Part shown: positions 1 to 7,345 of the stretch, piece after piece
Layout: every line of letters starts with the position of its first letter
Numbering within the stretch: the stretch's first letter is position 1
From: Vampirovibrionaceae bacterium NZW_1234
GTDB taxonomy: Bacteria; Cyanobacteriota; Vampirovibrionia; Vampirovibrionales; JAGQHJ01
Direction: 5' to 3'
Assembly: GCA_041697335.1 (NCBI GenBank)
Contig: JBGUGD010000013.1
Location: 1-17,656, forward strand
DNA: 17,656 bases
The notes under the pieces: generated by a model
What the model saw: the letters and a program-made list of their open reading frames with translations, nothing else
Databases searched by the model: none
Told to the model about the DNA's origin: nothing
Translations under genes and position numbers: made by a program

Positions 1-925
1 GACGTTCAATCCGTTTATGAACACCGGCTCGTTCCATTTTCTGATTGAAAATACTGAGAAAGAAATAGTCACATTTCACATTCGGCCTTTCATTCAGGTA
101 GTCTTGAAGCATCTGTACGGTCTCATGATTCAAGCCAAGCACACGAGACTTGTCCCACTTTGCTTGACGAATGGTAATGGTTCGATTTTCCAGGTCAACA
201 TCTTTCAGTTTTAAGGCGGCACACTCACCTGCCCGGATACCCGTTGAAGCAAGTAGCAAAACCATGGCTAACTCTTGGTTTGTCTCACAGGCTTTGATGA
301 TTTTTGACAAATCTTCATCCGTTAAAACAGGCCGCCGTGGATTTCTGTTTGCTTTCTGCCGATGATTCTTCTGAATTTCTTCAAGGACAGCCGGATGAAG
401 GGCTTTTTGTCCAATCAAATACTTACAGAAGCATACAATCGTTTGATAACAGTTTCGTCGGGTATCTGGATTGTTCGGATACTTGGCTAACATTTTCTGG
501 AAATTCTGAGGTGTAACCTCTTTAAATTCCTTGAAGAAATAATCTATATAGCGAACATAGTTGGTTACAGTATTTTCGCTATAAGTATAGGAGTATCCGG
601 GAATCAATCCAGACCGCATCGCCTTCTTCCAATCATCAACAAAAGTTGAATGATCATTTATCTGTTTTTTTGCCTGTTGAATCTCAATCAGGGTCTCCTG
701 GGTACGTAAATAGAGTTCAACGGCTTGTGGCTTGATTTCATAGGTTATTTGCTTGCCATGCGGCTTCGCAACTGCTGTTATTTCTCCTTTCCGGCATAAT
801 GCGGTAACCGTTTTTCTATCTCTCCCAAGGATATGCGCAACTTCGCTTGGAGTGAGAAATGGCTTCGAAATTTTCCCGAGTTTTTCCCGAGTTTCATCCA
901 AAATACAGGTATTTTTAGCCAACAT
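1..925 (-). CDS. Tyrosine recombinase/integrase with N-terminal excisionase-like HTH (3' end outside window)
   Basis: Translated by hand from ATG at 925 (AGGAGA RBS at 935-940); open to the window edge. N-term FLTPSEVAHILGRDRKTVTALCRKGEITAV is an HTH_17/Xis-like pattern. Then YSENTVTNYVRYI (core-binding), box I LLLASTGIRAGECAALKLKDVDLENRTITIRQAK and KSRVLGL. Not in the ORF track because no stop lies in the window. Confidence 0.93.
   Translation of the reverse strand, partial: MLAKNTCILDETREKLGKISKPFLTPSEVAHILGRDRKTVTALCRKGEITAVAKPHGKQITYEIKPQAVELYLRTQETLIEIQQAKKQINDHSTFVDDWKKAMRSGLIPGYSYTYSENTVTNYVRYIDYFFKEFKEVTPQNFQKMLAKYPNNPDTRRNCYQTIVCFCKYLIGQKALHPAVLEEIQKNHRQKANRNPRRPVLTDEDLSKIIKACETNQELAMVLLLASTGIRAGECAALKLKDVDLENRTITIRQAKWDKSRVLGLNHETVQMLQDYLNERPNVKCDYFFLSIFNQKMERAGVHKRIER
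871..891. repeat. Direct repeat TTTTCCCGAG x2, candidate integrase arm-type site
   Basis: Copies at 871-880 and 882-891, about 130-150 bp from the putative crossover region. The arm-site role is inferred. Confidence 0.4.
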
Positions 926-973
926 TTTGTTGAGTCTCCTTATGTTTACTTACACTGGAAACTCACTTACCTA

Positions 974-1002
974 TTGCTTTTTGAAGATTTCTCTGTTATC
1001 CT
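974..1002 (+). promoter_or_regulatory. Sigma70-type promoter with extended -10
   Basis: TTGCTT (974-979), 17-bp spacer, TG at 994-995, TATCCT (997-1002). The tRNA-like GCGCTG starts after a further 6 nt. Confidence 0.55.
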
Positions 1003-1008
1003 TCTCTT

Positions 1009-1068
1009 GCGCTGGTAGCCTAACTACGAACCATGAGGTCGGGAGTTCGAATCTCTCACAGCGCACCA
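1009..1068 (+). tRNA. Truncated (pseudo) tRNA-Arg(ACG), probable attR copy; lacks D arm and 5' anticodon stem
   Basis: Anticodon loop CTACGAA (1024-1030), then CCATG, AGGTC, T arm GGGAG-TTCGAAT-CTCTC, acceptor 3' strand ACAGCGC and ACCA ending at 1068. GCGCTG at 1009 can pair with CAGCGC. Only 15 nt precede the anticodon loop instead of about 31. Confidence 0.85.
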
Positions 1069-1085
1069 CTTTTCTAAATCCTTTA

Positions 1086-1107
1086 AAGCACCCCGACCCG
1101 GGTGCTT
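1086..1107 (+). terminator. Hairpin downstream of the tRNA 3' end, probable intrinsic terminator
   Basis: AAGCACCC-6 nt-GGGTGCTT followed by ATGTGTTTTT. Confidence 0.6.
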
Positions 1108-1161
1108 ATGTGTTTTTAGATCGGGTTTCAGAGCATTGCCGTCAGGTTTAAGGAACAGATC

Positions 1162-1587
1162 ATGGAGCCGCGTATCAGCCTTATTACCTTGGGTGTTATG
1201 AACTTGGCGCTGGCCATCCGGTTTTATGAAGGCCTGGGCTTCCCTCGCAAGAACACCACTGCCCAAGGCGTGGCATTTTTCGATCTGAACGGGGTGGTCC
1301 TGTCTCTCTTTCCTCGGGAGGACCTGGCAAAGGACGCCCAGGTACACGATAGCCAACCCGGGTTCAGCGGGATTTCCCTGGCCCATAATGTCCGTAAAAA
1401 AGCCGAGGTGGCCGTCGTTCTGGCAAAAGCCGAATCCCTGGGTGCCAAAATCCTAAAGCCCGCTCAAGACACGTTCTGGGGCGGCCATGCCGGTTATTTT
1501 CAGGACCTGGATGGCCACCTCTGGGAAATCGCCTGGAACCCCTTCTTCCCCATCGACGAAGATGGCCGGATTGCGTTGAGGGATTAA
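1162..1587 (+). CDS. VOC family (glyoxalase/bleomycin resistance) protein
   Basis: ISLITLGV, ISLAHNV, PAQDTFWGGHAGYFQDLDGHLWEIAWNP; AAGGA RBS upstream. Confidence 0.93.
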   Translation: MEPRISLITLGVMNLALAIRFYEGLGFPRKNTTAQGVAFFDLNGVVLSLFPREDLAKDAQVHDSQPGFSGISLAHNVRKKAEVAVVLAKAESLGAKILKPAQDTFWGGHAGYFQDLDGHLWEIAWNPFFPIDEDGRIALRD

Positions 1588-1609
1588 ATGCAGGTGTCCA
1601 ATCAAGCCT

Positions 1610-2431
1610 CTAAGCTTTATCACCTGTCGAAAAGAGTGTCGATGCCTTGATTGCTTCCAGAACCTCTTTTGCCCGATCTTGCAGGTTAAGATGGGGCAAT
1701 GGAAACGGATTGCCAAGCGCCCCAAGTCCCCAACTAAACGCAGTTGTTGACGCGCCTGATGCATCTCGTACCGGAGATTCATTCAGGTTTAAATAGTAGT
1801 TAACCCCATTGTCGAGCCAGTGAAGCCGATATTTAGGAAACGTCTTGCCGCCGGTATAATGAACGTCTTCTTTGGCCAGTAAGTATTCACGCTCTCCGGC
1901 TCGAACCCGAATGACGGTTTCTCGAGGTGAGCTTTTCGGCAAAACATTCTCTTCCAGCTTTTGGAGTGCACCTGCAGCCAAGACCGCGGCAAACCCATGA
2001 AAGGCTTGGGTAATAAGTTGCTTTTGCTGCTCTTGATGCGCCTCGGGTGTTAGCAGGGACTTGGCTTTTTCCTTTGCAATAGCCAACGTACGGCGAATAA
2101 AATCCACCAGGGACTCCTGCTCATTCCGTAACAAGGGAGTCCGGCCATTGCAGGTCGTATTAATCGTTGCACAGTGCAACGATTTTTTGTCATGTGTCGC
2201 ATCAACATGTATCTGTTGCGGATCAACCTGGTCATCAATGGCCGCAAGGAGTCGCTCAAACTCATCGGTATGTTCAACCACATCGGCAATCTCCTGAAAA
2301 ATGGTCGGAGGCTTCGGTGCCACCGGATTCGCCGGTTGAACCGGTTTTGCTGCCGGATGAAAAAATAACTGATTTGGGAATGTGACACTTAACTGCGCCC
2401 CGAAGCGGGTGGCCTTTGGAATAACGTTCAT
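1610..2431 (-). CDS. Hypothetical protein, 273 aa, RFG leader and Pro-rich linker
   Basis: Long ORF. Start moved to ATG 2431 (MNVIPKATRFGA) because of a GGAGAG RBS at 2439-2444. No domain recognised. Confidence 0.75.
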   Translation of the reverse strand: MNVIPKATRFGAQLSVTFPNQLFFHPAAKPVQPANPVAPKPPTIFQEIADVVEHTDEFERLLAAIDDQVDPQQIHVDATHDKKSLHCATINTTCNGRTPLLRNEQESLVDFIRRTLAIAKEKAKSLLTPEAHQEQQKQLITQAFHGFAAVLAAGALQKLEENVLPKSSPRETVIRVRAGEREYLLAKEDVHYTGGKTFPKYRLHWLDNGVNYYLNLNESPVRDASGASTTAFSWGLGALGNPFPLPHLNLQDRAKEVLEAIKASTLFSTGDKA

Positions 2432-2691
2432 GTTGACACTCTCCAACAGCAAAATAATGCAACTAACACCATTTGCGGACAAAACGTCCTCTAAGAACGG
2501 GCAAACTGAATAATGATCAAAGAAACTGCTATTAGCGTATCTCAAGAACCGAGATTGTCCAAATGCCCATTTTTTCAATATTTCGTTACGGGCAACAAAT
2601 TGCTACATTTGTAATTTTTTAATTGCAGTGCCAACGCCTTCATACTAAAATCGTCACAGATAACGCTTCTATAAAAAGTTGGTGCTTCTTT

Positions 2692-3072
2692 ATGTCTTTG
2701 ACAATACAGGCTTCGGTGCGTTTTGGTCGTTTTGATTTCTGTGAAAAAGGCGGTGAAAGGCTCTTCAGCCCATCCAAAAAACAGGTAAAAACCGCCAAAA
2801 AAACTGCCAAGGCAGAAAAATCCACGAAAAAGAATAAAGCGAAAGCGCTTGAAGCGTCTGAATCGACCCAAAAACCACGGGTGGGGACACATCAGGACAC
2901 CTTCCAACCGACCGGGCAAACGCCCGCCCCTTATTCCTCATCGTCCTCCCGATCTGTACGCGGGGCTTGGTGGGGATCCGAGCACTGGGGGAGTGTCGGA
3001 CAAAGGCTTTCTTATGAGTCTCGCCTTATCATGCGTCACTATCCGCACTTATTCCGGAAACACCCTCGCTAA
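2692..3072 (+). CDS. Hypothetical basic, Lys-rich protein, 126 aa, RFG leader
   Basis: ATG 2692 gives MSLTIQASVRFG. Contains KKQVKTAKKTAKAEKSTKKNKAKA and a poly-Ser tract. Divergent from the 1610-2431 gene. No strong RBS. Confidence 0.6.
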   Translation: MSLTIQASVRFGRFDFCEKGGERLFSPSKKQVKTAKKTAKAEKSTKKNKAKALEASESTQKPRVGTHQDTFQPTGQTPAPYSSSSSRSVRGAWWGSEHWGSVGQRLSYESRLIMRHYPHLFRKHPR

Positions 3073-3270
3073 ACTCAACCGTGTTTGCGGCGGATCTTCG
3101 CCCTGATCTGACCCGCCGGGTAGGTTTTTGTCTGAAGTTCAAGTTTTTTCGGGTCCTATTTGAGTCCTACTGAGTCATTGCTAGGGATACCAGAAAAATC
3201 ACCCCAAGCGATTAAACCTTGCTCATTCAAAAATTGGTTTAACAAATCAAAAAACACAGCTGTCAGGCTT

Positions 3271-3284
3271 TGTAACGTTTTACA
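3271..3284. promoter_or_regulatory. Palindrome upstream of the glycosyltransferase pair, possible operator
   Basis: TGTAA-CGTT-TTACA about 75 bp before ATG 3358; regulator unknown. Confidence 0.3.
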
Positions 3285-3357
3285 CTTACGTCTATCGCAC
3301 GATTTTTACTTTATGATATAAAGGCAAAAGTTTAAGTCCGAAGAGTGAATCACACCC

Positions 3358-4476
3358 ATGAGTATTATACAGGCCGACATTCCGCATACGGGTCTTCAGC
3401 GGGATGAAAAACCTTCCATTCTCTATATCCTGACGCGTTACCCCCAGACGTCTCAGACCTATATCAAGAATGAAATTGAAGCGCTGATGACGGATTACAA
3501 TATTTCCATCATCACCCTAGAGCCGGCCGAATCCCCCTATGAAAACCACCTGCCCTTTGTCGAGATCAGGGAAACGGAAAAAATGCAGGCGGTAATTGAT
3601 CAGGTGAAGCCCCAGATTATTCATACGCATTTTGTGCATATGGCACGCCGGGTAGGCCCCCTTGCCAGGAAAAATAAGATTCCGTTCACCGTCCGGACCC
3701 ATTCGTTTGACATCCTAAACCTTTCCAAGCCGTCGCTCTGGCAATCCATCCAGGGACACCTGATCCAGCGCTGGAACGTGAAGGATATCCGATGGCTGAA
3801 TGATGATCTGTGCCTCGGCATCCTGGTGTTCCCAGGGCTTCGCCAGCATCTGATGCGGCAGGGGGTCAATCCGAAAAAACTGATTGACTGCTATCCGGTT
3901 ATCAACTACGGCGCTTTTTACAACCGGGAACCCAATGGCGACGCCATTATGAACATGGGCGCCGTGATCCGGAAGAAGAAAATGGAAGATTTCATCGAGC
4001 TGGCCCAGATGTTTCCCGGCCGTGTATTTAACCTCTACGACATTGAATGTGTCCAGCCGGAGTACCATAAGGAATTGAAGCGGATGAATGCAGAAACCCA
4101 ACATCCGGTGAACTTCATCCCAGCGGTAGCTCCCGAGGTGATGCCTGCCGAGTACAAAAAGCACCAGTGGCTGGTGTACACGGCTTGCCCTAAGACCTCT
4201 ACTGTGGGCTGGTCCATGGCTGTCGCCGAGGCTCAAGCCTCTGGAGTTGGGGTTTGTTTCCCGAACATTCGCCCGGATTTAAAAGAGTATATCGGCGGGG
4301 CCGGTTATCTCTACGACTCTTTGGACGAGGTTAGACGGATCATCTCCCAGCCGGTTCCTGAAGACATTCGGGAGAAAGGCTTTATCCAGGCCAAAAAATC
4401 CGATATACAGGGCCATAAGCACCTATTAACCAATTTGTGGGACAAGGTGATTCAAGCCGCTTCAACGTATCGGTAA
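3358..4476 (+). CDS. Glycosyltransferase, GT-B fold (family 4-like)
   Basis: YILTRYPQTSQTYIKNEI, IIHTHF, FTVRTHSFDI, KKK, GWSMAVAEAQASGVGV, EYIGGAGYL. Confidence 0.88.
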   Translation: MSIIQADIPHTGLQRDEKPSILYILTRYPQTSQTYIKNEIEALMTDYNISIITLEPAESPYENHLPFVEIRETEKMQAVIDQVKPQIIHTHFVHMARRVGPLARKNKIPFTVRTHSFDILNLSKPSLWQSIQGHLIQRWNVKDIRWLNDDLCLGILVFPGLRQHLMRQGVNPKKLIDCYPVINYGAFYNREPNGDAIMNMGAVIRKKKMEDFIELAQMFPGRVFNLYDIECVQPEYHKELKRMNAETQHPVNFIPAVAPEVMPAEYKKHQWLVYTACPKTSTVGWSMAVAEAQASGVGVCFPNIRPDLKEYIGGAGYLYDSLDEVRRIISQPVPEDIREKGFIQAKKSDIQGHKHLLTNLWDKVIQAASTYR

Positions 4477-4488
4477 AGAGGGATTTCC

Positions 4489-5457
4489 ATGGCGTTCAAG
4501 GTCTCCGTTATCATCCCAGTTTATAATGCCGAGCGTTATGTGGAAGAGGCAGTTCGCTCTGCTCTGGCCCAGGAGGAAACGGGAGAGGTGATTCTGATTG
4601 AGGATGCCTCTCCGGATAATGCATTGGCCGTTTGTGAGCGCTTAGCAGAGAGTGATGAGCGTGTAAGACTATATCGTCATCCGGATGGACAGCACCTGGG
4701 AGCCGGTCCCAGCCGAAATCTGGGGATTGAAAAAGCGACCTGCGATTATATTGCCTTTCTGGATGCCGATGACTTCTATGCCCCAGATTGCTTTAAGAAA
4801 GCCAAAGAGCTTCTATCGGCCCATCCAGAGGCTGATGGGGTCTACGGCTCCCAAGGCGTGCATTTCGATAGCCCCGAGGCCAAGGAACGCTATCAGCACA
4901 TTGCTCGATTCCAGCCCAGCCATACCCGGCAGGAGGTGGTTCACCCCAAGGACGTGTTCAATGAGATAGGCGCTAAGGTTCGCATTCACGTTAATACACT
5001 GGTCCTTAGAAAGCAGGCCTTCGCCAAGGCGGGCGTTTTCAATCAGTACCGTCTCTCACAGGATACGCACTTCTTTTATAGGTTGGCTTTAACATGTACC
5101 CTACTCAGCGGCTCCATCGATCAGCCGGTGGCCATTCGACGGGTGCACTTGGAGAACCGCGTCCATGAGCTGGATACCCAGAAAATGGAAGACTGCTTCA
5201 GGTGAAAGGCTGAGTTATTTATGTCCCTAGCGCTGTGGGCCCGGAGCCATGGCATTCATTGGAAACATTGCAATAAGCTTTTGAAGATGGGGATCAAACA
5301 GCTGTTTGGTTACCAAAAGTGTCGTGGCCAGCTTACGGTGCTGGAGCCCATATGGTGGGCTAAAAAGGCATTCACGATTTTCTACCCCTTGTTTCGTCTC
5401 CGCCCGGACATTCTGCAGATGCTGGCTCAACGCTACCATGTGACTGCTGCCGAATAG
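4489..5457 (+). pseudogene. Glycosyltransferase family 2 interrupted by one in-frame TGA (5203-5205); the 238-aa catalytic part 4489-5205 is intact
   Basis: VSVIIPVYNAE, ILIEDASPD, SRNLGI, YIAFLDADD. After the TGA the same frame continues AAG GCT GAG TTA TTT ATG into the 5221-5457 ORF, 322 codons in total. Confidence 0.8.
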
Positions 5458-5536
5458 AGCCCTTTGCCAAAAGCCGAGGTGTGCACTGCCAAGATGTCAA
5501 CCGGTGACAAGTATATTGTCGGAGAGACGGGCGCTC

Positions 5537-5555
5537 TGTATCGATGTTTGATACA
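5537..5555. promoter_or_regulatory. Inverted repeat, probable toxin-antitoxin autorepression operator
   Basis: TGTATC-7 nt-GATACA directly before the higB relic, overlapping a -10-like TACACT. Confidence 0.45.
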
Positions 5556-5726
5556 CTGATCCAATTTTTTGCGGAAAAACCAACCAGGACACCTATGACG
5601 GGTCCAACTCCAAAGAGGCACGAAGGTTCCCCACCCAAGCCGCTTCACCCAATTGCCCAGCGTAAACTGGATGCCATTCGACGAGCAATAACCTTGACAG
5701 ACTTAATGGCCCCGCCAGGCAATCGA
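5556..5726 (+). pseudogene. higB: HigB (RelE/ParE family) toxin relic, N-terminal part, frameshifted
   Basis: Across frames: LIQFFAEKPT / QDTYDGSNSKEARRF / PKPLHPIAQRKLDAIRRAITLTDLMAPPGNR. This matches the HigB pattern ARRKLD...DL..PPGNR. The C-terminal part is missing. Confidence 0.8.
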
Positions 5727-5881
5727 TGGGCAACAGGGTGTTACCCACGAGATGGCGTGTCGCTTTGCAGATGCCTTTGGCACCTTGGTTGAATTTTTAG
5801 ATGGGCCTGCAAGCCGATGACGACATCTGGCAAGCACTGCGTCGGCATCAAAACATTCCCAGACACAAGACGGTGAGCTAA
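5722..5881 (+). pseudogene. higA: HigA antitoxin relic, C-terminal part
   Basis: IDGQQGVTHEMACRFADAFGTLVEF, then a frameshift/stop, then MGLQADDDIWQALRRH...TAA. This matches the HigA pattern GKRGITPEMALRLA.AFGTS.EFW..LQ..YDLWQA. Confidence 0.78.
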
Positions 5882-5933
5882 TGAGGCATCATCGCTCAAA
5901 GGGAATAATCGGGCATCTCTATAAAAGCGGGAA

Positions 5934-6419
5934 CTAGGCTTTGAAAGTTTCTTCCTGGATGGGTTGCCCCAAGGCATCCCGGTTGCCGCGTTTTTGGCAT
6001 TTTTCCAAATACGCAAACAGGGCTTGGCTTAAAAATCCAGGCTCTTCATCTTCAGAAGGATAGGTCCCATGACGAATGGCGTCATCGTTCTCATAATACA
6101 GATCCTGCTTTTTGCCGGGCTTTTTAATATCGTCGCGGGTATACGATAAGACCTCATCATCAATGGTCACGCCCACGGCATCTTGAATATATTCTTTAAA
6201 GTCGTGGCGATCAACGATAAGCGCTTCTGCCGGAGCATTCGTGTTTCTGCTGTCCTGAAAAAAATCTTTGGGAAAGTGTTGACCCGCTTCCCCCACAGGA
6301 CGGATGACAGAGGTACGCATCAAATAATTCGGTGTCGTGTCGCGTAACTGAGACATTCTCTTCTTCACTTCCGAGTACGGGCCTTTTAAATAGGTGGTTG
6401 CGCCAAAACGGATATCCAT
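5934..6419 (-). CDS. Hypothetical protein, 161 aa, starts MDIRFGA
   Basis: Start moved to ATG 6419 (GGAGA RBS at 6425-6429). No domain recognised. Confidence 0.75.
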   Translation of the reverse strand: MDIRFGATTYLKGPYSEVKKRMSQLRDTTPNYLMRTSVIRPVGEAGQHFPKDFFQDSRNTNAPAEALIVDRHDFKEYIQDAVGVTIDDEVLSYTRDDIKKPGKKQDLYYENDDAIRHGTYPSEDEEPGFLSQALFAYLEKCQKRGNRDALGQPIQEETFKA

Positions 6420-6604
6420 ACTTTTCTCCAGACTGTTGAGTGACATAGTCCATAAAACAGTCCTGAAGAAAAAAAATTGCCTCTATTAAAAACAACCTTC
6501 GAATCGCTTTTAAGTCCATTCGGCACTCGTTCCACTTCAAAGACTGCATATGTGGAACCCATGTGGTCGTAGGTCCGCATTTTCCCGGTGATTCAAAGCA
6601 CATT

Positions 6605-6636
6605 GGATGACGGTAATGACGGATGACGGTAATGAC
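6605..6636. repeat. Perfect 16-bp tandem duplication GGATGACGGTAATGAC x2
   Basis: Copies at 6605-6620 and 6621-6636. Confidence 0.95.
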
Positions 6637-6657
6637 AAAACAATTCCGGCTTTATGC

Positions 6658-6888
6658 GGGCTTATCCTCTGGACCGTTAAACCCTACAAACTCTGAGAGC
6701 CGTCGTCTGAACGAATCAGACAACACGCGAGACCCTGGCTTTGAACAATATCACGTTAAAAAATGATACCATGCGACACGTCCATGACGCGGTGTGAACG
6801 GTCATTGTACCCAGAGTGATGGCAGGGTCTAATGATAGAGAACTGTTTCGGCGACACAGATCTTTATCGCCAGTTAGTTAAGGGGCCC
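6658..6888. ncRNA. Candidate structured RNA: long irregular rod, 6S-RNA-like architecture
   Basis: About 12 collinear nested short helices found by eye, best AGACCCTG 6730-6737/CAGGGTCT 6823-6830. No ORF-track ORF overlaps it. Not folded computationally; strand unknown. Confidence 0.3.
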
Positions 6889-7266
6889 AATAAACCTAGT
6901 AGACAGAAGCTATGGCCTGACAGGCAATAGACTGGAACCTGCCATTCCGGCTTGAGCAGTACCTACCGCAAACTGGAATGTTATTTGCGGAAGGTAGTTC
7001 TGGGAAGTACTAGGCGCCAAATTGAATTGATTGGCGTAAACCAATTCAACAATTCCAGAAGCATCAAAAGTCAACTTATTGGTCTGAAGCCGGTTATTTT
7101 CAGAATCCTGCAAATTAATTGATACTGGCAAAGAGGGCTCTTAGCTCCGGTAGGGGATCATGCAATAAAAAAGAAAGAATGCTTAATCGCTCAATAACTT
7201 CATGAAAAAGCTTCCACGCTTAATCCGTAGCGAAAATCACACCAGTGTCATTATAAATCGAATTTA

Positions 7267-7314
7267 GCAGAAAGGCCCTTACCCCTGCCAGCGGCGGGAA
7301 TAAGGGCTCTCTGC
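7267..7314 (-). terminator. Strong hairpin downstream of the YsnF-like gene
   Basis: GCAGAAAGGCCCTTA...CTGCC-AGC-GGCGG...TAAGGGCTCTCTGC, about 30 bp past the stop codon. Confidence 0.6.
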
Positions 7315-7345
7315 ACAGAAAGCACGATGACGACGATGAAGACAC

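Larger units (their letters stand above)
1..1068. mobile_element. Right end of a tRNA-Arg-targeting integrative element (prophage/genomic island)
   Basis: Integrase start lies ~100 bp from a tRNA 3' half that begins at the anticodon loop. By eye the sequence is more AT-rich than the genes to the right. Confidence 0.75.

Noticed and set aside
1009..1068. Functional full-length tRNA-Arg
   Set aside because: No D arm and no 5' strand for the anticodon stem (CCTAA cannot pair with CCATG).
17..1151. Plus-strand ORFs 17-214, 171-365, 304-516, 753-1151, 833-1018
   Set aside because: Antisense shadows of the integrase and the tRNA remnant.
2432..2691. Longer starts at 2578(-) and 2623(+)
   Set aside because: No RBS, and they would consume the divergent promoter region; downstream ATGs fit better.
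3151..3180. Degenerate repeat GGGTCCTATT/TGAGTCCTAC/TGAGTCATTG
   Set aside because: Short and imperfect, no spacers, no function supportable.
3271..3284. NtcA box
   Set aside because: Spacing is GTA-N6-TAC, not GTA-N8-TAC.
5203..5205. Selenocysteine or genetic-code reassignment of TGA
   Set aside because: No SECIS-like hairpin recognised, GT2 enzymes are not known selenoproteins, and other long genes use TGG with no internal TGA.
5544..5792. 82-aa ORF as a real gene
   Set aside because: It is a chimera of in-frame and out-of-frame pieces of the higB/higA relic.
6605..6636. CRISPR array
   Set aside because: Two adjacent 16-bp copies, no spacer, no cas genes.
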